Shown piece by piece: positions 15,957 to 22,960 of a stretch of 25,774 nucleotides of DNA. How positions within the stretch are numbered: the first letter of the stretch is position 1; every line of letters begins with the position of its first letter. The stretch lies in the IMG/VR virus record IMGVR_UViG_3300037420_000233, positions 1-25,774 of that record. One strand, written 5' to 3'. The position numbers and the translations under genes are program-made. The notes under the pieces are model-generated. The model had not been told where the DNA came from. It made no database searches and saw nothing but the letters and a program-made list of their open reading frames with translations. The stretch comes from a virus (Duplodnaviria > Caudoviricetes).

Positions 15957-16333
15957 TAGTCCTTCACCATCTCAAGGACGATCGTGTAGCTGTCGCCGGA
16001 CGAGTGGCCCGTGGTGGTGAGGAAGATGTCGCCGGTGTAACCGGAGGCCTTGGTGTTCGGGATGCCCCCGAACTTGGAGAAGTCGAAGGTCCCATTGCCG
16101 GCCAGGTCCACGATCCGAACGTCGGTGGTGGCGTCCCAGAGCAGGGTCGCGACCATGCCGACGACGGCGTAGTGGATCTTGTTGATGCGGACGGTTCCAG
16201 GCGACCCGGAATAGGTCGAGACGTCGATCTTGTTGACCGCGCTTTCCCCGGTCCCGTCGCTCAGGTTGGTGAGCTTGACCACGAGGTTCCGCGGGCCATC
16301 GATGATGGTGGTGGTTGTGACAGCGTCGGCCAT
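15956..16333 (-). CDS. Hypothetical virion structural protein, 125 aa
   Basis: AGGAG SD, beta-rich composition, and motifs FDFSKFGG and TGDIFLTT...GDSYTIVLEMVK. Confidence 0.75.
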   Translation of the reverse strand: MADAVTTTTIIDGPRNLVVKLTNLSDGTGESAVNKIDVSTYSGSPGTVRINKIHYAVVGMVATLLWDATTDVRIVDLAGNGTFDFSKFGGIPNTKASGYTGDIFLTTTGHSSGDSYTIVLEMVKD

Positions 16334-16357
16334 GCCGCACTCCTATGAGGAAGGGGC

Positions 16358-16381
16358 GGGAGCGCCCGTCAGGGCGCTCCC
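16358..16381 (-). terminator. Perfect 10-bp GC hairpin (atypical terminator or RNA stability/processing element)
   Basis: Minus strand reads GGGAGCGCCC-TGAC-GGGCGCTCCC, followed by GCCCCTTCCTC rather than a U-tract. Confidence 0.6.
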
Positions 16382-16390
16382 TGAAGCCGG

Positions 16391-17302
16391 TTAGGCGTCG
16401 GTCGTGGTAGTGGTGTTGATCGCCATGCCCTGTTCGCCGGCCAGGTTGCAGACGAGGATGGGCGCGAACAGGTGGAACGTGGCGCCGGTGACTGACTCGG
16501 TGACGTTGGCGGCGTTGTCGGTCAGCATGAAGTTGAGATAGGGGCCGACCTTGCCGGTGGACGCGGTGATAGTGTCCTTGATGCAGAGGTCGGCAGCGTT
16601 CTTGGTCCAGATGTAGCCATCGTTGATGTCCAGGTCGACCACAGCCGTGGTGCGGCAGTCGATGGCCGAGACCGCGAAGTTGCCGACGATCTTGAAGTTG
16701 CGGATCACCGGGTTGCTCATGCCGGTGAGCGCAATGGCCGAATCCGCACCGGCCGCAGCTGCGCCGTTGTGGAAATAGTCTTCGATGAGCAGCCGGTGGG
16801 CGTTGGCGTCGGCGACGATCACGTCGGTGGCCTGGCCGGTGACGTCGCGATACTCGCAGGAGAGCAGCGAGAAGTCCGCCGCGTTCACGTCGATCGGGCC
16901 AGCGAGCGCATCGATGCCGCCCGTGAACAGCACGTTGTAGACGGTCACGGAGGCCGCATCGACGTCCATGTCGGCGGTCGTGGCCGTGGTGAAGTTGATT
17001 TTGGGACGCGCCGCACCAGAGCCCAGGCCCACGACAGCGATGCCGGCGACGTCCAGGGCGAGGCCGGCGGCGGCCGTCACAGTCTCGACGTGGCCGGGCT
17101 TTACGAAGATGATGTCGCCCTTGTTGGCGGTGCAGAGGCCCACGGCGGCGTCGATGGTGGCCATCGGACGGTCGAACGTGCCCTTGCCACCGGGCGCGTT
17201 GGAATCCACCCAGAACGCCTTGCCGGGGTGGGAGACGGCGAGCGGAACGCCGCGGATGGCGACGCCGTTGGCGAAGCCCTTGGTGTAGTTGGCGATAGCC
17301 AT
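16391..17302 (-). CDS. Virion protein with predicted right-handed beta-helix (possible head fibre/spike), 303 aa
   Basis: FWVDSN...GKGTFDRPMATIDAAV...GDIIFVKPGH is the cap motif typical of pectin-lyase-like beta-helices. It lies directly after the MCP and has a GAGG SD. Confidence 0.65.
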   Translation of the reverse strand: MAIANYTKGFANGVAIRGVPLAVSHPGKAFWVDSNAPGGKGTFDRPMATIDAAVGLCTANKGDIIFVKPGHVETVTAAAGLALDVAGIAVVGLGSGAARPKINFTTATTADMDVDAASVTVYNVLFTGGIDALAGPIDVNAADFSLLSCEYRDVTGQATDVIVADANAHRLLIEDYFHNGAAAAGADSAIALTGMSNPVIRNFKIVGNFAVSAIDCRTTAVVDLDINDGYIWTKNAADLCIKDTITASTGKVGPYLNFMLTDNAANVTESVTGATFHLFAPILVCNLAGEQGMAINTTTTTDA

Positions 17303-17367
17303 GGTCGGTCCTCTCTGAACGGCGCTGCCGTCAGTTGATCTGAAGTCTCAGAGTGCGGGGGAAGGGG

Positions 17368-17394
17368 TGGGCGGACCCACGAAGGGCCCGCCCA
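17368..17394 (-). terminator. 11-bp hairpin downstream of the major capsid gene
   Basis: Minus strand reads TGGGCGGGCCC-TTCGT-GGGTCCGCCCA (one G-U pair), followed by CCCCTTCCCC. Confidence 0.65.
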
Positions 17395-17415
17395 GTTTGA
17401 TCCGGCTTGGGGAGG

Positions 17416-18318
17416 TTACGCGCCGGGGGTGCCGTAAAGGCCGCGCCAGTCGGTCCAGCCGCAGCTGTACCGCTCGTAGCCCTTGTACTTCAGGTTGTAG
17501 GTGTCGAAGTCGTTGTCGTTAGCGAACTCCGGCGCCTCGCGCTGGAAGAACCGCATCCCATTCTCGGCATCGGTGCGGACGAACCATGCATCGGTGTCGG
17601 TCAGGTAGTGGTTGATCTTAATGCCATCGGTGAACAGACCCATCGAACGCAGCGCGTTGATCGCGTTGTTCGGCGTGTCGTTCTGCAGCTGCGACTTCAG
17701 GATGCGCGTGGCCTCGAAGGCGAGCGCGGTCGGGATGATCAGCGACTTGGTCATCAGGGCGATCTTCAGGCCCGTCTCGTCGGTCGCATTCATGATCTGG
17801 ACGCACATGTCTTCCAGCGAAGCCTCGGAGAGGTCCGCCGCCGTGCCCAGCAGGTTCGACTGGTTGCCGGCGACGGTCGGGTGATCCGAGGCGCACAGAA
17901 CCTTGCCGTCCGCGCCCGTGTAGGTCGCGAAGGCGCGGTTGTAGACGTTGGCCGCGACGTTCTCCTTGGTCTGGCGGAACGAACGCGCCAGCTTCTTGGT
18001 CCCGGAGATCGCCTTGGCCTTGTACTGGTTGTCGGCCAGGGCCTCACGCGTCACGATGAAGCCCTTGGCATAGGCGACATGCGTGTAGCGCGTGGTGACG
18101 CCCTGCGAGAGGGAGTCGTAGGTGACCATGGCGCCCTCGGTCTTGACCGGGGCGAGGCCGAAGCCCGGCAGGAGCTGGTCTTCTTCGTAGTTCTTCTCCG
18201 AGGTGGAGACGTCGAAGAGGTCCGTGTACTCCATGGGGTGGTCGGTATAGCCGTCGCCCCAGACCTGGTTGAGGCCGGGTTGGAGCAGCTTGGCGATATT
18301 GCCAGTGTTGATAGCCAT
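17416..18318 (-). CDS. Major capsid protein (HK97 fold, Mu gpT-like family), 300 aa
   Basis: Motifs AKLLQPGL, SEKNYEE...GFGLAPVKTEG...YD, ARSFRQTKENVAANVYN, ADLSEASLE, NHYLTDTDAWF and ERYSCGWTDWRGLYGTPGA. A downstream hairpin is present. Confidence 0.92.
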   Translation of the reverse strand: MAINTGNIAKLLQPGLNQVWGDGYTDHPMEYTDLFDVSTSEKNYEEDQLLPGFGLAPVKTEGAMVTYDSLSQGVTTRYTHVAYAKGFIVTREALADNQYKAKAISGTKKLARSFRQTKENVAANVYNRAFATYTGADGKVLCASDHPTVAGNQSNLLGTAADLSEASLEDMCVQIMNATDETGLKIALMTKSLIIPTALAFEATRILKSQLQNDTPNNAINALRSMGLFTDGIKINHYLTDTDAWFVRTDAENGMRFFQREAPEFANDNDFDTYNLKYKGYERYSCGWTDWRGLYGTPGA

Positions 18319-18330
18319 GTCCGCTGCTCC

Positions 18331-18909
18331 CTACAGGCCGGCGACTTGGTCGACGTAGCGGTGACGGTTGATCCGAACCAGCCACTTGGCGTAGGCGCCA
18401 ACGGCGTTGTCGGGGCGGTTCACCAGGCCCATGATGCGGAAACCCAGCGTGTTGGTGTTCGCCTCGGTGGCGTTGTCCAGCACGGTGCCGGAGAGGCCCG
18501 TGATGGTGGAGCCGGCGACCACGGAAATCGAGACGTTGAGCCCGATGTCGTTGGCCGTCAGAGGCGTGCCCGTGCCGATTTCCTGGGCTTCGAAGATCAC
18601 GTTGGGATCGTCGCAGACCAGCAGGCGGCGGGTGGTGGACGCGGCGCAATAGGGCAGCGACGCGTTGGTCTCCGGCAGCACGCCCACGATGACGCCGGTG
18701 ATCACGTCGGTGGTGGCCGCGCGAACGACGTTCATGTAGGTGTTGCCATCGGTGTGGAGCGTAGAAGCCCCGGTGGCGACCACGCAGTCCCCGATGAACA
18801 GGGCCGTGCCGTCGCCGGAATCGTGGATGTAGACGTTGGCGGCGTCCGTGACGGGAGCGCCGCCCGTGCGCACGGGCTTGAGCCCGAACGGGGTGTTGGC
18901 GTTTGCCAT
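18331..18909 (-). CDS. Capsid-associated (decoration/cement-like) protein, 192 aa
   Basis: Motifs MANANTPFGLKPVR, LFIGDCV and VCDDPNVIFEAQ are typical of the gene preceding this MCP family. Confidence 0.7.
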   Translation of the reverse strand: MANANTPFGLKPVRTGGAPVTDAANVYIHDSGDGTALFIGDCVVATGASTLHTDGNTYMNVVRAATTDVITGVIVGVLPETNASLPYCAASTTRRLLVCDDPNVIFEAQEIGTGTPLTANDIGLNVSISVVAGSTITGLSGTVLDNATEANTNTLGFRIMGLVNRPDNAVGAYAKWLVRINRHRYVDQVAGL

Positions 18910-18927
18910 GTCGGAATCCTTTGGGCC

Positions 18928-19383
18928 TTAGCCCGAGTGGTTGATGGTGCTGCGGCTGGGCTGGTAGATCTCGCCCTTGTCCAGACCCCCGGTGGGGTCA
19001 TCGCCGCGGCGGATGGCGTCTTCGAACGGCTTCAGCCGGTCTTCCTTTTCGGCCAGACCGACGTTGTACTCTTCGACGGGCGTCTCCATGAGAAACGCCT
19101 GCATGGGGGCGCCGCTTTCAAGCCTCCCGGCGTGCCGGGAGATGCGCGTGCCCTGACTATCAGTGCGCTTGGCGCCCTCGCCGGCCTTCTCGGACACGAA
19201 CGTGTAGCCGAGGTCTTCCAGCTCTGCGATGCGGGCGGGGTCACCATTGACCCAGCGACGGACGTAGCCTTCGCGCTTGGGGGCGTCTAGCTTGAGGGCG
19301 AACCCTCCGGTCGAGGCCCGACGCCGGCGCTTGCCGGCCGGAACGGCTTCTGCGGTCTTCGGCGCAGTGGTTTCTTCGGTCAC
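18928..19383 (-). CDS. Conserved head-module hypothetical protein, 151 aa
   Basis: True start is GTG 19383 (GTGA overlap with the scaffold stop). Motif LDAPKREGYVRRWVN...RIAELEDLGYTFV...LMETPVEEY. Confidence 0.75.
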   Translation of the reverse strand: MTEETTAPKTAEAVPAGKRRRRASTGGFALKLDAPKREGYVRRWVNGDPARIAELEDLGYTFVSEKAGEGAKRTDSQGTRISRHAGRLESGAPMQAFLMETPVEEYNVGLAEKEDRLKPFEDAIRRGDDPTGGLDKGEIYQPSRSTINHSG

Positions 19384-20216
19384 TGAAAGAAGCCTTTCAC
19401 GTATTGGTCTCGGGTCATGATCTTGTCCTTCTCGAACTCCAGGCACATGGCCTTGGCGTCGGCGGGCAGATCGTTGAAGCTCTTGCCTTGCTTGCGCAGC
19501 GTGGCGCCGGGCGCCTCCACCGTGCCGGGTCGGGCGCGATTGGGGTTCTCGAACTTGGCCGGAAACGCCTCTTTCACCCGTTTGGTGACCTCGGCGTAGA
19601 AGCGCCGACCCTTGGTCAGGCCGGTTTCCTCTTCGACCTCGTTGGCGATAGCGACCGCGGCGGCCTTCATCACCTTGTCCGTGGACCACCAGGGGTTTTC
19701 CTCGGCCCACGCCTCGAACTCGGGGTCAGCCTCGGCGGGATCATCAGCAGCCTTGGGCGCGGCGGTGACTTCCTTGGTCAGCTCGACCATTTCGTCGGTC
19801 GCATCGCGCACGCCCTGGACATCACCAGCCGCCGCGGCGTTGTCGAGCCGGGCCTGGATGTCCCGAACGGCGGCGTCATAGCCCCGCTTCTCGGCGCGGC
19901 TCATGCCCTGGACGGCTGTGTTGACGGCCTTCTTGAGGCTGGCGACCTCGGCCTTGCTGTCCTGCAGCGACTTGCGCATGGACGGCAGGACTTCGCCCAC
20001 CGCCTTCAGGATGAACTCCGGCGCGTCGATCCACTCGTCCGGATCGCCCTTCCATTGGTCCTTGGGCGCCCAGCCGGATTGCTTGGCGGCGTTCTCGATG
20101 CCGGTTCGGGCGGTGTCGGGCTTGGCTTCCGCGGCCGGTGGCGTCTCCGCAACCTCGGCGGTCGGGGCGACGATTTCCGGGGCTTCGGCCTCGGTGGTTT
20201 CTGCGGCTTCGCTCAT
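19380..20216 (-). CDS. Capsid scaffolding protein, 278 aa
   Basis: Acidic disordered N-terminus, GWAPKDQWKGD motif, coiled coil, FEAWAEENPWW, and C-terminal FNDLPADAKAMC...MTRDQYVK. It lies between portal and MCP. Confidence 0.8.
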   Translation of the reverse strand: MSEAAETTEAEAPEIVAPTAEVAETPPAAEAKPDTARTGIENAAKQSGWAPKDQWKGDPDEWIDAPEFILKAVGEVLPSMRKSLQDSKAEVASLKKAVNTAVQGMSRAEKRGYDAAVRDIQARLDNAAAAGDVQGVRDATDEMVELTKEVTAAPKAADDPAEADPEFEAWAEENPWWSTDKVMKAAAVAIANEVEEETGLTKGRRFYAEVTKRVKEAFPAKFENPNRARPGTVEAPGATLRKQGKSFNDLPADAKAMCLEFEKDKIMTRDQYVKGFFQ

Positions 20217-20533
20217 GAGGCTTCCTCGATCACGGCGAGCAGATCCTTGTCGTTCATCACGACGTAATCCTCGCCGTCCGCCCCCTTTTCCCGGGCGCCG
20301 CTGTACTGCGCGAACAGCACGCGATCGCCTGGCTGGGGCTTCCTGGCTTCAGATCCCCACTCGGCGAAGGCGTTCGAGCCGGCGGCGATCAGGGTGGCTT
20401 TGGTGGCCGCGTACTTGGCCTTGTCCTTCACCATGTCGGGCCGGATGATTCCGCCGGCCGTGACCTCCTCAACCGGGTCGGGTTTGACCAGGATGCGGAG
20501 GTCCAAGGGGGCAAGCCCCGATGGATTGGTCAT
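20213..20533 (-). CDS. groES: Phage-encoded co-chaperonin GroES (Cpn10), 106 aa
   Basis: PLDLRILVKP...EEVTAGGIIRPD (mobile loop), PGDRVLFAQYSG and GEDYVVMNDKDLLAVIE. Confidence 0.92.
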   Translation of the reverse strand: MTNPSGLAPLDLRILVKPDPVEEVTAGGIIRPDMVKDKAKYAATKATLIAAGSNAFAEWGSEARKPQPGDRVLFAQYSGAREKGADGEDYVVMNDKDLLAVIEEAS

Positions 20534-20556
20534 GTCTTCCTGTCGGCTAGTGCTTC

Positions 20557-20577
20557 AGCCCGGGTTTCCGGCGGGCT
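20557..20577 (-). promoter_or_regulatory. Short hairpin in the intergenic region upstream of groES
   Basis: Minus strand reads AGCCCG-CCGGAAACC-CGGGCT. Confidence 0.35.
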
Positions 20578-20585
20578 ATCGGGCG

Positions 20586-20843
20586 CTACGCTGCGCCGGA
20601 TTCTTCATCACTGGTCGGGGCCTGGTAGAAGCTCTCCAGGTCCTCCCATTCCAGGGTCATCAATTCCAGGAGGTGGCGCGCCTTGAACTGCGCCATCGGG
20701 TCCATCAACTGGCCCCTCCCCCAATCCGCCATCAACTGGTCCCTCTGGTCGGAGAGGAAGGTCAGAAACTGGCGCGTCAGCGGGCTCTGCTTCCATTCCA
20801 GGAAGCTCTTGCGGTTGAACCTCTGGCTCTGGCTGTCCGCCAT
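20586..20843 (-). CDS. Small helical protein overlapping the portal 3' end, 85 aa
   Basis: AGGA lies 8 nt upstream of the ATG. Codons are strongly GC3-biased in this frame. The FLEWKQSPLTRQFL motif is typical of small post-portal phage genes. Confidence 0.8.
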   Translation of the reverse strand: MADSQSQRFNRKSFLEWKQSPLTRQFLTFLSDQRDQLMADWGRGQLMDPMAQFKARHLLELMTLEWEDLESFYQAPTSDEESGAA

Positions 20844-22749
20844 CGGGGGCTTCCTGCTCTGCCTTCATCATGTCGCGGGCGCGTTGGTCCACGAGCTGGG
20901 CGACCGCCAACTGGAACTCCGGCAACACGAGGATGGCCTCGGCCATCGTCTTCTGCGCGTCGGCCGCGGTCTTGGAAATGTTCGCCTCGGCCTCGGCCGC
21001 CTTGATGTCCACCTCGCGGTGCTTGGCGTCGGCCTCGTGCGCCTTGATTGCGAGCTCTTCCTTCTTCAGTTCGAACTCGGGGTCAGGCGGCGGTGGACCT
21101 TTCGGCAACAGGTCTTCGATATCGGGGATGCCGGCGGCCTCCAGCATCCGCTCGACGATGACCATGTCGTTCAGGCCCTTGCCGAGGAACTGGCCGAGGT
21201 ACTGCGAGCGCCCGAGCTTCTGCATGTCGGTCGCCATCGTCGGGTCCGAAACCGGAACCACGTCGATGTCTTCCGAGGCGTAATCCCGCTGCGCAACCAC
21301 GCCCTCCACATCCTGGAAGGTGAAGTAGACCTGCGGGTTGAGGTACTTGCGGTTGAGGTCGTAGAGGATGCCCAGCTCGGCCTTCAGCGCACGGTGGATG
21401 CGCTTGACGATGGCCGTGAAGGTCTTCAGCCCCTGCTCGATCATCGCCAGGGTCGTGCCCACCGGCTGGTTGGCCTGCACGGTGTCGCCGGTCAGGATGT
21501 CCTGTGTCGCGGTCACGTCCTTGGCGGACTCGATCAGCATGCCCAGCAGGTTGAACAGGACCGCGGACGGCTCCTTCACCGGCAGCGGGACGATGCTTTC
21601 CGCCAGCTTTCCGCCGTTGGTCGCCACCCGCTTCCATTCGCCGGGGTCGAACCGCATCCGCGCCGACTTGATCGACACGCCGTCGCCGATGAACCCACCC
21701 TGCACGTTGGCCAGGTGGCCAGCGTCCATCAGCTGGTTGATCACCGAGTTGATGGTTTCGCCCATCGGGCCGAGCAGGGTTCCAAAGCCCACGTCGTAGA
21801 AGCTGCCGTCCGGCGCCGGGATGAAACCGTATTTGGTGAAGCAGCGAGTCGGCTTGATGGCGATGACCTCGCCCTTCTGGCCGACCATCACGCCATCCTC
21901 GTCGAACCTCGCGACGATGCGGACGACCTTCTGCGACTCCTTGTGGACCGTGACGATGTAGGGTTCGGGGTAGTCGTCGCCGTCCAGGTCCCACAGCCGG
22001 TGCTGTTCCAGGAACGTGTGCGGCGCATCGTTATCGTTGGAGGCGTCGGCTGGCTGGCCGAGCTCGACGTTCAGCCACAGGCCCGAACGCATTTTCTCCT
22101 GCACCGTGTGCGGGTGCATGGGCGGCAGCACGTGCGTCGCCCGCGGGCAGGAATCCAGATCCTTCGTCCAGTAGTTGACCACGAAGTCGGTGGCGCTCAC
22201 CACATGCGAGCAGTTGTAGCCCTTCAGCGGATCGAAGTAGGTCTTGCGGAACACGCAGCCCTGGATGGGCAGCATGATCAGCAGCCGGTCGGTGTCCTCC
22301 TCCCAGCCGTCCATCTCCTCAAGGAGCTGGTAGGACATATGCTTGCCAACGCGCTCGGCGCGGGCCTGCTTCTCGGGCGACGGCTGACCGAGCACCTTGC
22401 CCTTGACCACGTTCTGGCCATCGACGACGGCGGGATAGGCGCGGGCGTTGAATTGGATGGCGGCGGTGGCGACCAACGGAAACTTGACGTTCGAGGCCTT
22501 GGGCCAGGGATAGGACTTCTCCTCCCTGACCAGTAGCGCCAGCTTGGTCGCGGTCTCCTGGCGTTCGTCCCAGCCCTCGGCCTTGCGCGACTGCTCGTCG
22601 ATCTTGAAGTCTTCGCAGACCTTGGCGCCGATCTTGTTGAGCGTCTGCTCGTCGAGCTCGGTCGCAATGTTCGGGTGGCCGATGAAGGCCATGAGGTCAG
22701 GCGCCTGCGGGGGCGCGTCGTCCTGCGGGTCGGCGTAGGCTTCGCTCAT
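20608..22749 (-). CDS. Portal protein (P22-like), 713 aa
   Basis: True start is ATG 22749 with AGGAGG SD. Motifs KSYPWPKASNVKFPL, QFNARAYP, MSYQLLEEM, GCVFRKTYFDP, NQLMDAGHLAN and GTTLAMIEQG. Confidence 0.93.
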   Translation of the reverse strand: MSEAYADPQDDAPPQAPDLMAFIGHPNIATELDEQTLNKIGAKVCEDFKIDEQSRKAEGWDERQETATKLALLVREEKSYPWPKASNVKFPLVATAAIQFNARAYPAVVDGQNVVKGKVLGQPSPEKQARAERVGKHMSYQLLEEMDGWEEDTDRLLIMLPIQGCVFRKTYFDPLKGYNCSHVVSATDFVVNYWTKDLDSCPRATHVLPPMHPHTVQEKMRSGLWLNVELGQPADASNDNDAPHTFLEQHRLWDLDGDDYPEPYIVTVHKESQKVVRIVARFDEDGVMVGQKGEVIAIKPTRCFTKYGFIPAPDGSFYDVGFGTLLGPMGETINSVINQLMDAGHLANVQGGFIGDGVSIKSARMRFDPGEWKRVATNGGKLAESIVPLPVKEPSAVLFNLLGMLIESAKDVTATQDILTGDTVQANQPVGTTLAMIEQGLKTFTAIVKRIHRALKAELGILYDLNRKYLNPQVYFTFQDVEGVVAQRDYASEDIDVVPVSDPTMATDMQKLGRSQYLGQFLGKGLNDMVIVERMLEAAGIPDIEDLLPKGPPPPDPEFELKKEELAIKAHEADAKHREVDIKAAEAEANISKTAADAQKTMAEAILVLPEFQLAVAQLVDQRARDMMKAEQEAPDGGQPEPEVQPQELPGMEAEPADAPVSDLPLRPEGPVDGGLGEGPVDGPDGAVQGAPPPGIDDPGMGGPGELLPGPDQ

Positions 22750-22759
22750 CCCACGCCTC

Positions 22760-22957
22760 CTAGTAGCCTGACCAGTCGTTGGCGGTGTCGCGCTCGGCCT
22801 GCGCTTGGCGGGCCTGAGCGTCGCCAAATCCGGGGGCCGGCGCCTGCGCGTTCGGCGCAAACCCGGTGCAGAACCACGAGGCCCTGCGGTCGGCCACCTT
22901 CTCTCGGGTCGCCTCGCACCATTCGCAGACGCCACGCCCGTCGAAGCGATGGTTCAC
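22760..22957 (-). CDS. Hypothetical protein with H-x7-CxxC...C motif, 65 aa
   Basis: Fills the terL-portal gap. The GTG is 3 nt after the terL stop, and the TAG overlaps the portal SD. Confidence 0.6.
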   Translation of the reverse strand: MNHRFDGRGVCEWCEATREKVADRRASWFCTGFAPNAQAPAPGFGDAQARQAQAERDTANDWSGY

Positions 22958-22960
22958 GCG

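Noticed and set aside
17303-17415. tRNA or defined ncRNA in the structured post-MCP intergenic region
   Set aside because: Only short hairpins are present, with no cloverleaf or T-loop signature. An Rfam/Infernal scan would be needed to exclude other RNA families.
17407-19290. 627-aa plus-strand ORF spanning three head genes
   Set aside because: Antisense shadow of GC3-biased genes that share one frame. The composition is unnatural and there are no motifs.
20683-22536. 617-aa plus-strand ORF
   Set aside because: Antisense shadow of the portal gene.
2720-22762. Genome-wide TAG reassignment (alternative genetic code)
   Set aside because: No TAG interrupts a conserved domain. TAG at 4431-4429 overlaps an out-of-frame start (TAGTG), and downstream genes have their own starts and SDs, so TAG acts as a stop. 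Only leaky readthrough remains possible.
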